This document shows, piece by piece, positions 12,131 to 25,057 of a DNA stretch of 64,000 nucleotides. The number at the start of each line of letters is the position of its first letter. Within the stretch, counting starts at the first letter, position 1. The position numbers and the translations under genes are program-made. The stretch spans positions 42,346,001 through 42,410,000 of the forward strand of contig OX597822.1 of the NCBI GenBank assembly GCA_951406725.2, written 5' to 3'. The DNA comes from Octopus vulgaris. Lineage: Eukaryota. The notes under the pieces were generated by a model. That model was not told the DNA's origin and searched no databases. It worked only from the letters and a program-made list of their open reading frames with translations.

Positions 12131-12659
12131 AGAAATGCCCTGATGCAGTGGCTCTCATGGTTTCTGATCTTTGGAAGTGCTATCACACACATTGTTATGT
12201 CTTGGTATAAAAGATTAACTACAGCAAACATTCTGCTCAATACCATAGATTTGCTTGTCAGTTGTTTGACCATAACCAGTTGAGCATGTCCCTTATTGGT
12301 TAACAATAAGTACATCTCTGATCATGAGCAGAAGTACAGGGGGAGCATCATAGCCATGTGTTGAGAGGAATTCTTTGGGATTTGAATAATTCTCCTCTGG
12401 AAAGATGGGTGTTAAACAACCCTTATTCAGGGACCTTTTGAGTGGGATGGACTACTTGACCTGAAGAGAATTCTAACTAGGCCCCACCTGCAAGGTCATG
12501 CATTATTTATCTTGATATGAGATCACCATGTCATGCCCATATGGTTGTGATGCATGTGCTTGGGGTACCCTTATCAGACGGGTAGTCATGATGGGTATAC
12601 TGGGCTTCGTAGATTTTATCCCAGTGTCACTTTGATGACATGTGCTGCTCTTTCACTCA

Positions 12660-12700
<41 letters not shown>

Positions 12701-12792
12701 TGTTTCTCATTTAGGCACAGCAATTTTGAGGTGGGGGGGTCTTAATCAATACCATCAATCCGAGTACTTGACTGTTAGAAACTAAAGAACAT

Positions 12793-13026
12793 AAGACGGC
12801 GAGCTGGCAGAAACGTTAGCACGCCAGGCAAAATGCTTAGCGGTATTTCGTCTGCCACTATGTTCTGAGTTCAAATTCTGCTGATGTCGACTTTGCCTTT
12901 CATCCTTTTGGGGTCGATTAAATAAGTACCAGTTATGCACAGGGGTCAATGTAATCGACTTGATCCGTTTGTCTGTCCTTGTTTGTCCCCTCTGTGTGTA
13001 ACCTCTTGTGGGCAGTAAAGAAATAA
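12793..13026 (+). mobile_element. SINE family A, full length with target-site duplication
   Basis: AGAAACTAAAGAACAT before and AGAAACTAAAAAACAT after. Confidence 0.9.
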
Positions 13027-13539
13027 GAAACTAAAAAACATGATCTTTTTAGTTGACCTTCACTAAAATATCTGCATTTTTTGCATTCCCAACTAAATAC
13101 GTAAGGAAAAACAGATTATTTTTTCCATTGGTTTTACCAGATTTTAATCACTGAACTCGTTTTTATAATCTGATCTTTATATTAGTTACTATCCACATCA
13201 TGAGAGATGTTTGTGAAATATTTTTAACTAGATTTTACCTATTACTAATGTTTGCTTAGAGATTATCTTAGATATTGGTATAGTAAGCTTAGAGGAACCA
13301 AGGACATATAAACAGTTGTGTTCTAATTAAAACTCTTTGTTTCTGAAATGATTTCATCTCAGTTGTTTATAACGAGCTATCACTATTCTTGTTATTTGAC
13401 TAAGGGCAATAAAGTAACAAAATGATGTACAAAAAACTAATTTCTTTTATCTGGCCACCAGGGCCCTAAGAAACTAATAATGCTAATAATCCTTTCTACT
13501 ACAGGCTATAGAAGAAAGGGGAAAATGCTACTAAGCATA

Positions 13540-13920
13540 TAGGCACTGTGTGGTAAGTAGCTTGCTTACCAACTACATGGTTCCGGGTTCAGTCCCACTG
13601 CGTGGCACCTTGGGCAAGTGTCTTCTACTATAGCCTCGGGCTGACCAAAGCCTTGTGAGTGGATTTGGTAGACGGAAACTGAAAGAAGCCTGTTGCATAT
13701 ATGTATATATATATATATGTGTGTATGTGTTTGTCCCCCAACATCGCTTGACAACCAATGCTGGTGTATTTATGTCCCCGTAACTTAGTGGTTCGGCAAA
13801 AAGCGACCAATAGAATAAGTACTAGGCTTACAAAGAATAAGTCCTGGGGTCGATTTGCTCGACTAAAGGTGGTGCTCCAGCATGGCCGCAGTCAAATGAC
13901 TGAAACAAGTAAAAGAGTAA
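13540..13920 (+). mobile_element. SINE family B
   Basis: tRNA-like head with GGTTCAGTCCC B-box, CORE-like ACCTTGGGCAAGTG, internal (TA/TG)n, tail GCTCCAGCATGGCCGCAGTCAAATGACTGAAAC. Confidence 0.9.
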
Positions 13921-14356
13921 GCATTTCGTCTTGCATGGGAACAATTCTGCCAGCTCACAGCTATTGGTAACAATAATCATCATCGTTTCTATTAAAGACT
14001 CAAGGCCTGAAAATCTGGGGTATAACAACAGTGACAACAACAACCACATAATACACTACCATAAAGATGGATGCAATGCAAAGTTAACCTTAGCTGGATT
14101 TTAATTCAGAATGTAAAAAGCTATATCTGAATACCACAAGCTATTTTGTGCATCATTCTCTTACTTTTATCACCCAAAATCAAATAACAAGACTAATGAC
14201 ATCTCACTATAAACAACTGAGATAAAAATCATTTCAGAAACAAAGAGTTTTAATTAGAACTGTTTATATGTCCTTGGTTTCTCAAAGCATACAATATCAA
14301 TATCTAAGCAAATATTTAAAATAGGCAAAATCTAGTTAAAAATATTTCACAAACAT

Positions 14357-14752
14357 AGGCGCAGGAGTGGCAGTGTGGTAAGTAGCTTGCTTACCAACAA
14401 CATGGTTCCAGGTTCAGTCCTACTGCGTGGCACCTTGGGCAAGTGTCTTCTACTATAGCCTCGGGCCGACCAAAGCCTTGTGAGTGGATTTGGTAGATGG
14501 AAACTGAAAGAAGCCTGTCGCATATATGTATATATATGTGTGTGTGTGTTTATGTGTCTGTGTTTGTCCCTCCCAACATCGCTTGACAACCAGTGCTGGC
14601 ATGTTTACATCCCCGTAACTTAGCGGTTCAGCCAAAGAGACCGATAGAATAAGTACTAGGCTTACAAAGAATAAGTCCTGGGGTCGATTTGCTTGACTAA
14701 AGGCGGTGCTCCAGCATGGCCACAGTGAAATCACTGAAACAAGTAAAAGAGT
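14357..14752 (+). mobile_element. SINE family B, full length, AAACAT target duplication
   Basis: As above; flanked by AAACAT. Confidence 0.9.
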
Positions 14753-16257
14753 AAACATCTCTCATGATGTGTATAGTAACTAATATAAGGATTGGATTAT
14801 AGAAATGAGATGAGTGATGGTAAAACTAATGGGAAAAATAAATGTTATTCCTTGCCATGTTTAGTTAGGAATGTAAAAAAAGTAGATATTTTAGTGAAAG
14901 TCACCTAAAAAGATGATTTTTTTTTTTTAGTTTCTAACAAATACTTCTTTGCTTCTGTTGTAAATTAGGCTGCGATATTTACAAAAGTCAGGTTTCACTG
15001 TTTCATTGTTACACTTCTTAAACAATGTACTATGAAACCTAGCAAAGCTAAAGATAAAAAAAAAATAATAAAACAAAGATAACGTTGTTTTCTTGTCTCT
15101 GCTAGCATTTCAAATGCTTCAACAAAGAAATTGAGGTCAGAACAAATCCACTGAACCATCGCATACTAAACAAAGTATTATTAAATAACAAGCATATTTC
15201 TATGACTGTAAAGGCTTCCGATAGTCTGAAGGTAATAATATATCACTCGCAAACTACATCCACCCAACAAAATACTTCAAACTTTGAGATTTTCATGATT
15301 AAAAAGGTAATTTAAGAATTCAAATTATTGTTTTGTATCCTCTGTTAGCAAATTGTTGTTTGGTTTTAAATTGAGGTAAAAACTCAATTTAAAACCACAT
15401 AAGAGTATCTGAGAGGACAACTAGGTTAGTTTACCTGTAGTAGCAAACAAGATGGCAAAAAGAAAGATTTGATTGAGCATCAGGACAGAATGCTTCGCAG
15501 TATTTGTTCTGCTTCTTGACACTCTGAGCTCAAATTCCACTACAATCAACTTTGTCTTTTCATTCTTTTGCTGCCAATAAAGTAGCAATTCGGTATAGGG
15601 GGTCGTTATCCACCCCCCACCTTGAATTGTACCTGTAACTAAAAGGCCCAGATTTGTCACACTGTGTCATGCTGAATCGATCTAAAAACTGCATTATGGG
15701 TACATGTGTGTGTGTGGAGTACTCAGCCACTTACACACTGATTTCATGAACAGGTGGTCAACCTTGGTCAAACAACTGTTTACTCATTGTTGAGAATGAG
15801 AGAGAATTCACAACCAGAAAACATAGACTGTAGTTCTTTCTAATCAGTCTTTAAGGCTCAACACACAGTAAAAGTGGGACTAATTATGTCATTAGTGTTA
15901 TTACTTTAAATGAGGATGACGACAGCAACAGAAGTAGGAATGACAACGGAGGTGACAGTGGAGGTAGGGAAACAGTAGAGGTGGGGTGGTGATGAGGTAG
16001 GGGGTGATGGTGGAGATAGAGGCAACAGCAAAGACGAATGTAACCATTGAAGTGACTATGTAGATGATGAATAAAAAGAATTATGGTAGAAGAATGGTGA
16101 AATGTTGTAACACATTTTTCATCAGTAATTCCAGATGGGATGGGACGGGGATGTATAATTAAGTGTTGGGTTCAATCCATTAAATATTACATATATCTTT
16201 ATAAATAATGATAACATGACCTAATTCAAGTGTCCAATATGTTAGCAGTGTCTAAAA

Positions 16258-16476
16258 CAGTGCTTTTCAAACTTTTTGCTGGAGCGGAACCCCAAGGAAA
16301 CATTCCACTGGCTCGAGGAACCCCTGTGCAATAATTTAATAGTCTTATGCACACATATCTGCACAGGAGAATTAAAAATTACTGCCGATTTTAGAAGTTT
16401 TGTAACTTCTGGTGGAACTCCTGGACTGTACTGGCGGAACCCTAAGGTTCCGCAGAACCCTGGTTGAAAACCACTG
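16258..16476. mobile_element. hAT (Charlie-like) MITE
   Basis: TIRs CAGTGCTTTTCAA / TTGAAAACCACTG and perfect 8-bp TSD GTCTAAAA (16250-16257, 16477-16484). Confidence 0.9.
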
Positions 16477-16907
16477 GTCTAAAAGGACAAAACTCAAAGA
16501 ACACACTTCTTCCATTTCTGCAATACAGAATTCCTGTTGGTTTTCTTTGGGAGTTACCTAGAAGCTAACATGTAAAAAAAACTAAGGAAATTTAGAAGTA
16601 AATTGTAAATGTTGAGGATTTAGCTTCTTTTTGAAAGAACAATAGCTTCTCACGCTAATCCATTAACATTCAATAGACTTATAGTCCATAATAAACCAAT
16701 TCATTAGACTTGTCCATAAAAAAACATCTATATGTTCGTTTAACCTGCTAGGAATAGTAGCCAAATCACCCTCAAATCACACCCTAATGCTTTTAAACAA
16801 ATGTCATTTTAAAACAAATTACTTTTTAATCAAATTAAAGTAATTATTTATGGTGCTGTAATAGCTAATGGACACAGCAGTATAAAGTAACTTCAGTATC
16901 ACTAACA

Positions 16908-16938
<31 letters not shown>

Positions 16939-17249
16939 TACACACACACACTACTAGCAACACCACCTCCATGGCCACCAACCCAACCTTCACAACCAGA
17001 TGTCCATACCACACACAAAGTAATATAATTGCAGGTATGTTATGTCTGGTCAGTAACTACAAATGCTGTACATTATGGTCTAGAATGACCACAAATAGAT
17101 GAAAATATGAAGATGACCATCAATGTAAAAACTGACCACCTTTTAATTTTTATCAAATGCCACAGGTTTTTTTTTACCATATATACCATTGGTCAAACAT
17201 GTTTTATTATATATGCCACTGGTTAAAAATGTTGTATCATACAGATACA

Positions 17250-17650
17250 GACATGGCTGTGGGGTAAGAAGCTTGCTCCCCAACCATATGGTTCCAGGTT
17301 CAGTCCCACTGCATGGCACCTTGGGCAAGTGTCTTCTACTATAGACTTGGGCCAACTAAAGCCCTGTGAGTAGATTTAGTAGACAGAAACTGAAAGAAGT
17401 TTGTTGTGTATGTGTGTGTATTTATGTGGGTGTGTGTGTCTGTGTCTGTTTGTTCCCACCATCATTGCTTGACAACTGATGTTGGTGTGTTTACATCCCC
17501 ATAAGTTAGCAAATCAGCAAAAAGAGACTAATAGAATAAGAACTAGGCTTACAAAGAAAAATTCCTGGGATCAATTTCCTTGACTAAAAAAAAAACCCTT
17601 TAAGGCAGTGCTCCTGCATGGCAGCAGTCAAATGACTGAAACAAGTAAAA
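17250..17650 (+). mobile_element. SINE family B
   Basis: Similarity to 14357-14752. Confidence 0.85.
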
Positions 17651-17689
17651 AAAATATAAGAACACATGCCACTGTTCAAACAATCTGAT

Positions 17690-17816
17690 ATACACACCAT
17701 CAGTCAAACCTATTCTACCATACACACCATCAGTCAAACCTATTCTACCATACACACCATCAGTCAAACCTATTCTACCATACACACCATCAGTCAAACA
17801 TATTCTACCATACACA
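17690..17816. repeat. 30-bp minisatellite (TACACACCATCAGTCAAACCTATTCTACCA), homogenised core of a longer decayed array (~17150-18690)
   Basis: Four near-perfect units; degenerate units flank the neighbouring SINEs. Confidence 0.9.
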
Positions 17817-18190
17817 CTCTTTTACTGGTTTCAGTCATTTGACTGTGGCCATACTGGAGCACCACCTTTAGTTGAACAAATCAATCCCAGAACTTATTCT
17901 TTATAAGCCTAGTACTTATTCTATCAGTCTCTTTTGCCGAACCACTAAGTTACGGGGATGTAAACACACCAGCATCAGTTGTCATGCAATGGTGAGGGGG
18001 ACAAACACACACACATACACATACATATATATATACGATGGGCTTCTTTCAGTTTCCATCTACCAAATCCACTCACAAGGCTTTGGTTGGCCCAAGGCTA
18101 TAGTAGAAGACATTTGCCCAAGGTACCAGTGAGACTAAACCCAGAACTATGTAGTTGGTAAGCAAGCTACTTACCTCACAGCCATGCCTG
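17817..18190 (-). mobile_element. SINE family B (inverted relative to 17250-17650)
   Basis: Reverse-complement similarity. Confidence 0.85.
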
Positions 18191-18246
18191 TGATTATAGA
18201 AAGACAATCAAACATGTTCTACCATACATTCTACTGGTCAAATATT

Positions 18247-18468
18247 GTAGTAAAGATTGTTTGCCAAGATAACATGGCAGTCCTGTTTTAGGACGAATGT
18301 TGCTGTAATTTAACCCCAGGAGACATTGTCTCCAGCTGGCTATACGACAAGATCTGTGTCCTTATATTTTTGGACTAAATTACAGCAGCATATTTTCGGG
18401 GCTAAATTACAGCGACATTCGTCCTACACCAGGACTGCCATGTTATGTTGGCAAACAATCTTTACTAC
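18247..18468. mobile_element. Foldback MITE-like element with ~70 bp inverted arms
   Basis: GTAGTAAAGATTGTTTGCCAAGATAACATGGCAGTCCTG... / ...CAGGACTGCCATGTTATGTTGGCAAACAATCTTTACTAC. Confidence 0.8.
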
Positions 18469-18595
18469 TAAGTACTGTTGCTGAATATCTCACATTGTGA
18501 GATTTAAAAATAGTAATTTTCTAATAGTCAAACATTGTTTTACCATACCACTAGTTAAACATTATACTATACACACTATCAGATACACATGTTTC

Positions 18596-18632
<37 letters not shown>

Positions 18633-18764
18633 TGGTCAAACATGTTCTAGTATACATACCATTAATCAAAAATGATATTATACAGTAACTTACTACTGGT
18701 TTGAGCTATTCATTCTAGTACAGAAAAACCAGTGAATAATACATCACCAACAAAAAGTAATAAT

Positions 18765-18970
18765 CTACTATAGGCACAAGGCCTGAAATTTGGGGGGAGC
18801 GGTTAAGTAAATTACCTTGACCCCAGTACTCAAGTGGTACTTAATTCATTGACCCTGGAAAGATGAAAGGCAAAGTCGACCTCGGCAGAACTTGAACTCA
18901 GAACGTAGCAACGGGAGAAATACTGTTATTTCGCCCAGCATACTAATGATTCTGCCAGCTTGCTGCCTTA
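18765..18970 (-). mobile_element. SINE family A
   Basis: Reverse complement of family A; further minus copies at ~28730-28945 and 29095-29310. Confidence 0.85.
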
Positions 18971-19470
18971 ATAATAAAAACAATAATAATGAAATTGTTG
19001 TATACAATGCTCATGTGCACTACAACTAAAAAATTTTAAAGAAAGTTTTTAAAAATGGCATTAGGTGTACTGTTGGTGAATTTCAAGAAACAAGGAAGTT
19101 TTGAAGGATGTAGCAACTCGACAGCTAACAACTTTCCATGCTTCAGCAATTCTGAGTGTGAAAAAATGTTTCCAAAAGTCATGGGCACTGTGTTATTTTG
19201 TTTATATATCAGCACCTACACAATTTACCCACAAGCCCATGCATGCACATATACACCCACATTTTGAAATTATACAGAAATAATAATGCAAATTGCTGAC
19301 GTACAAAGAGACAGAGACAGAGTGGGATGGGTTAATGAGGTTGATTGGACAGCAGACTTGGGTATGTGTGGTCTTAGAATTTCAATCCTAGTAGTACTTC
19401 CTTTGCCATCAGTCAAAAAATAATACCAATGATATATTGATCATCAAATCACTTAAACAAACTCTCTTCC

Positions 19471-19696
19471 TTAACCTTTTGGTATTCAGATTATTTTATC
19501 AAATGCAACATTTGTTAATTTATATTGCTTCGAATTAATCATGCATTATCTTGTAGTTTAGAGATTTTGATGGGATTGTTTAGTTTTAGAATGACATTGT
19601 AGAGTCAGTGTGAGAGGTCACATTTGGCCAGTTTCAATATAAAATAAGTTAAATATTCTGGCCAGATATGGCTGGTTCGATTGCTAAATGGGTTAA
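19471..19696. mobile_element. piggyBac-type MITE, second family
   Basis: TTAACC...GGGTTAA ends; homologous copies at 31761-32327 and 37583-39095. Confidence 0.7.
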
Positions 19697-20216
19697 CAAA
19701 CTTTGGCAATGTGCTTACTCAACAAAAATTGATACAACTTTGTTCCAACAACTTTGATTAAATGATTTTTAAATAATCTGAACAATAAAGACTTAATGTG
19801 GATATATGCCACCCAATAATTTAATATGGATATGTTCCAAAACAGAAATTTATATAGAAAAGTTTAAAACTTCATAATTGAAAGGTATTTTTGAAACTGT
19901 TGTTGTATCTTGAGTGGATCAGTTTGCCAACAAGAAGCCTGCACCTGTTCCGTTTCACTTTTTTTATCCATCATCATCATCACCATCGTTGTTGTTTTCA
20001 CATCTATGTCTCCATGTTAGCATTGATCAGACAGAGTTTATTGAGCCAGGTTTTTTATGACCAGATGCCATCTCCATTGCCACTCATCACCTGTTTCCAA
20101 GCAAGGTAATATTTCCCCATGGCCAGACATGTTTTTGCAGTATACTGGAAATGAATGACATTCTTTTACAACAATCAAGTGATGTCAAGACCAAACAGAA
20201 ATCATACACAATTACA

Positions 20217-20260
<44 letters not shown>

Positions 20261-20267
20261 ACAGATG

Positions 20268-20316
<49 letters not shown>

Positions 20317-20317
<1 letters not shown>

Positions 20318-21470
20318 GAGGGTCAGCTGAAAAGTTCATAGTCTGGCCAAGATACTCTCATGGAATGTGACCGAATGAGGTTTATTTTTCAACATAGTCC
20401 CCCTTGCGCTCCACACATTTCTTCCATCAGTGTTGCAGCACTTGGATTCCATTAAAGAAGCTTTCATCCTGTTGCTCAAAAAAGTCATCAACAACAAATA
20501 TGATAACATCATCACTGTGATACTAGTTCCCAGCCAAGTGTTTTTATCATGTTGGGAAACAGACAACAGTGAGATAGGAGAATGGTCAGACACTTCAAAA
20601 CCACAGTCACACACAGCAGTCATTGAAACCAAGAACCTGTGTGCTGGAGCATTGTCCTAATGAAACATGACCCCCTTTTGTCAGTTTTTCTGGATGTTTG
20701 GTCTTTATAGCCTTTTGTAACTGCCTCAGCAAGTTGGCATAGTACACTGCACTGATGGTGTGGTCCTTTTCAAGATAGTAAATAAACACGTCTTTTGCAT
20801 ACCAAACAACTGAGGCTATCACTTTCTCTGCAGATGAAATGACCTTGGCCTTCTCTGTCTCTGGCACAAAATGATGAAGCCAGCACTCATCCTCAGTTAA
20901 GAAACATTCAAGGAAACCAGCTGGAGCTGCATCAAACAATGCCAAGTTTTCCCATGATATGATCAGCCTGGTGTGGTTTTGATCAGGTGTCAGAAGATGT
21001 GGCACCCAAAAAGCAGAAACCTTCCTCATGCCAAGTTCATTGTGCAGAATATTTTCAACTCTCTCACGGGATATGCTAATAGCATTGGCTATTTGATTTA
21101 TAGTCAATCGCCTATCATCCTTCAGCATGTGGTGAATATGATCAATGTTTTTCTCGATGGTGGCAATTGCAGGACGTCCAGATCTTGGTTATCTTCAAGA
21201 CTCTCCCTTCCCTCCAAAATTCAGCTGCCCACTTTTGCATTGTCAATAAAGTTGGAGCATCATCCCCTAATATAACAACCATGTAAGCATGAATGTCCTT
21301 GGCAGGGGTTAGACCCTTTTTTCTACATGTACTTGATAACACCAGGATGCCAAATTTTGTCTATATTTATAGCTACTAGTTACTTTTGAAGTCTTCTTTG
21401 GAAAGTAAGATGTCCGTTTCTCTAGAAAGAAACAATGCAGTTATTAGTAAGAGGAGCTTAAATTAATGTA
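20317..21470 (-). mobile_element. Mariner transposon relic (frameshifted transposase)
   Basis: DDRRLTINQIA..ISRERVENILHNELGMRKVSAFWVPHLLT (WVPxxL motif), TEDECWLHHF first catalytic Asp, TIR GAGGGTCAGCTGAAAAGTTC beside (TA)n. Confidence 0.9.
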
Positions 21471-23974
21471 TGATGGTCATCTTTCAGCTTCCATCTTCAA
21501 AATCCACTCCCAAGATTTTGGTTGGCCTGGGGTTATAGTAGAAAACACTTGGTCAGGGCACCATACAGTGAAACTGAAGCCAAAACCATGTGGTTGGGAA
21601 GCAAACTTCTTAATCACATAGTCATTTCTTCTTTTTCTTCTTATTATTATTAGTCAATTAGTTAACCAATTAATTAATTGATTCCTTGATTACATATTGG
21701 ATCAATCAATCAGTCAGCTGATTTACCAGAGCTCTTTTGACTTCATTTACAACCTCATCAATGACATGCTTTCATTCTTCCAGATCTGTCTACTTCTAAT
21801 TTTCAAAACAATTCCTGTTGTAACTACCAACTGTAGAGTTCTTAACTCATTGCTCCTAAGTTAATAACTGGAGGGCCGGTTTATTGATCAAAGGGTCAGG
21901 AGTTCATATCATAGTATCAACATCAATGATAAGCTGTGTTACTGGAAAACACAGTTAACCTAAATTTAAATTTTCACCACAAAAAGATACTAATCACCTC
22001 TATATACTGTATACTTGACAAAGCCATCACTATAATAAACAGTACAACTAGGATATAAACTAGTGTTTTCTGAGGTCACATTACTGAATTCAGTCAAATC
22101 TTACCAGAGACATGAAGTCTCAAACAGACCTCATCCCAAGAGATGCCCAGGAGTTCTGAAATTGGTAGAATTCTCAGATGCTCAATAATTCTGTGACATT
22201 TTGAGAATGAAGTGAAAATTAAAGAAAGAGAAATCTCTGAAGTTTGCTTTCTCATATCCCTGGAGAATGTGGAGCAAAAGTGGTAAACTTTAAAAGACTC
22301 CACATCAAACTTTGAAACACACTTTAGAGGAGTCAACTGTGTGGCTGACTGCTGGGCAAAAGTCACCGATTTACATTCTCTTGCTACCTCAGAAAAATAG
22401 GTGCCATAAGTAGGTACAAATCACCATTGAATGCAGCAGAGTCAAGGGTTTTACCAGTGTGAAGTTTATTAAGCAACTGGAAAAAAACTGGTGTATCTTC
22501 ATTAGATCTTGAAGTAATTAGATCCATGAGAATTCATTCTCTCTGTGGTACCTTCAATGATATAAAGCAGTTAAGAGTAAAAAAACAAAAAAGAAGTAAA
22601 GAGAACTGATATGAAGGAATAGGTATAATTATGTCACTACTAGAAGTCATAATGCTAAAATTCAATCAAACTATTGACTGTTGAGGTAAATTTGAACAGC
22701 TTTACTCCTTGTAGTGTGAGAAATCAATAAAGCAAGTTTTAAATATTCATTATTGGTGAATGTAGCCTATATGTCAGTTCAGTACAATACCCAGCAGATA
22801 TAGCTACATGAATAGTGTGATTAAAACAATATTTGTAAACTAGATTCATAAGGAAGACTTCAATTCAAGAAATCAGAAACAAATTCCTTGACCTTTTCAT
22901 GATCTTTTTCACCAACAAGAATGTTAATTGCTGGCAGAGACACTGTATTTCATTATACAACCACAACAGACTAGCAAGTATATTAAAGGCTTATAAGTAA
23001 ATAACTGCTGGCTCTAATTTCTATAGTATATCTGTAGAGATAACTTTTAAGAATAACAAGAATGTATTAACTGTGTGTTTTAATTAAATTTTTTAAAAAT
23101 AAAGAATTTGCAGGGAGCTTTATTTAAAAAATAAATTGCAACTTTATTTGTTGGTTATGTTTGGAATACAACAGTAGTTTTTTTATTTTTATTTCTATCA
23201 AATCCTAACATTATCATTCAGGTAAAAGTGAGAATGAGTTTAAAACTAAAACACAAGAATGATATGAGGTGTAAGTAAACTTGGAACTAAATATGGTTCT
23301 TGGGTAGATTACAATTAAAATAGTTAACTGAAGCCATAGAAATCTAGTGACAAAATTAGATGGGTATTAATTACATTGTGTTCTAGATAAAACCAATCTT
23401 AATTGTTTACAATTTATGTGGTCAATTAGACAAGTCTGACAATTGAATTCAAAACACAACACTCTGTACCCTATAGAGCTTAAAGTTATTTATAAACTAA
23501 CATAACACAAATTATCATATTAAAAGCTGTATTGAATCAATCTTTGGCTCACCTCCTTCCATTGTGTAGCAGAAAATATATTTATTCAAAGCACAAAATA
23601 TAAATTGCAGTTGTTCGTGGAGTGGATATATAAACATCATGCACATGCACACACATGGATGCACACACACACACACACACATACACACACATGTGTAAGC
23701 TTATATCATGATCGTCATTACCATCATCTAACATCTGTTTTATATACTGGTATGGGTTGGATGGCTTGACAGAAGCTGACAAGGCTAGGGGCTGCACCAG
23801 GTTCCACAATTTGTTTTGTCTTACTTTCTATAGCTGGATGCCCTTCCTAACACCAATCACTTTACAGTGTGTAGTGGGTGCTTGTTATGTAGCACCAGCA
23901 CCAGTGCTTTTTACATAGTAATTATCACTTTCAACAAGAGGCACTAATGCTTGTTTATTTTAGATTCACTTCCT

Positions 23975-24620
23975 GGTCCTGTCTCCGGAATCAGTCCCAG
24001 TGAAGAAGTGAGTTGAACAGAGCTGCTCTTCTCTGTGTTTCTTGCTGTGATGTGGATTCAACTGGTACATCAGATAAAAATTTATTTTGTCCAGCATGGA
24101 AAATAGACATTATCGGATGATGATGATGGCCTTTGAACACATCCACATCAGCACCTCAGATATTTTTTAGATTTTCTGGCAAGGTACTGCAAAAGCAGCA
24201 GGCCTTTAATCTCTAGGCTCTTACAGTATTGTGTTCTTATTCTGAATGGTGACACATCCAACCCAGGGATTGATATAGCTTTCAATCAGAAAGTTGGGTA
24301 CATTATATATATATATATATATTTATCATTGCATATAGTTTACACCTTCTCTCTAGGGAGTAGAGCCTCAGTTCTTTTAGCCTCCCCTAGAAATCAAATT
24401 ATGGTACTGAAGCGATTTTCTTGGTGTAGGGGTGCTAAATTGCCTTGAGTTTTGCTGTTAATCTCACACTTTGTGGTAACAATAATGGGAAGAAGTAATC
24501 CAGGTAACTGAGAGCAAATGTTCTCCATAGGAATGGCATGATTTCCTTTCTTTGTGTTCTGATTACTCTCAGAATCCAACCAACCACATTGTTGGCCTCT
24601 ATGTAATTATGTACAACAAA
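23975..24620 (-). mobile_element. Decayed 3' fragment of the CR1/L2-like LINE family seen at 49330-51023
   Basis: GWILRVIRTQRKEIMPFLWRTFALSYLDY and DVPVESTSQQETQRRAALFNSLLH match the C-terminus of that element. Confidence 0.7.
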
Positions 24621-25057
24621 TGATGCATTGCCATGTGAATTCCCTGGCCATACACTGATTCTGACTTTGGGTTTCCAATACACCATGGCCCTGTGTATTC
24701 TGACTGCAATCTGTTTGTGTATGGTGGGTACATACATATATATGCTCATATGTAAAAGCTGACGAACAGATAGATAGTTAGATAGACAGATTACTGAAAT
24801 GCTTTCCAAATTAGATATAAACCTCATTTAAAATGTTACACAAGGGTTCAACTCAAAATGCATTGCTTCTTGTAGCAGAAACAGCTATAAGGAAATGAAG
24901 AAATGAAGCTGATTACATAATACCTGTTCCCTTGTCATTCAATAAGTAATATTATGCTCAGTACTCGCCTAATACTTTATTCTGAGTTCTAACAACTTTT
25001 TGTTTGTATCACAATGCCTAAATGAAATCGTAAAATATATACATATGAATATATATA

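Larger units (their letters stand above)
12772..14939. repeat. Long imperfect inverted repeat (~430 bp arms, 12772-13437 and 14140-14939), each arm split by a later SINE
   Basis: TGTTAGAAACT...CTCAGTTGTTTATA versus TATAAACAACTGAG...AGTTTCTAACA; e.g. GTTCTAATTAAAACTCTTTGTTTCTGAAATGATTT / AAATCATTTCAGAAACAAAGAGTTTTAATTAGAAC. Confidence 0.85.

Noticed and set aside
13566-14758. Recurrent peptide RLPNPLTRLWSARGYSRRHLPKVPRSGTEPGT suggesting a gene family
   Set aside because: Antisense translation of SINE family B
23964-24007. Plus-strand 44-nt micro-exon (TTTTAG|...GAA|GTGAGT)
   Set aside because: Overlaps the 3' end of a decayed minus-strand LINE; no other plus-strand exons found
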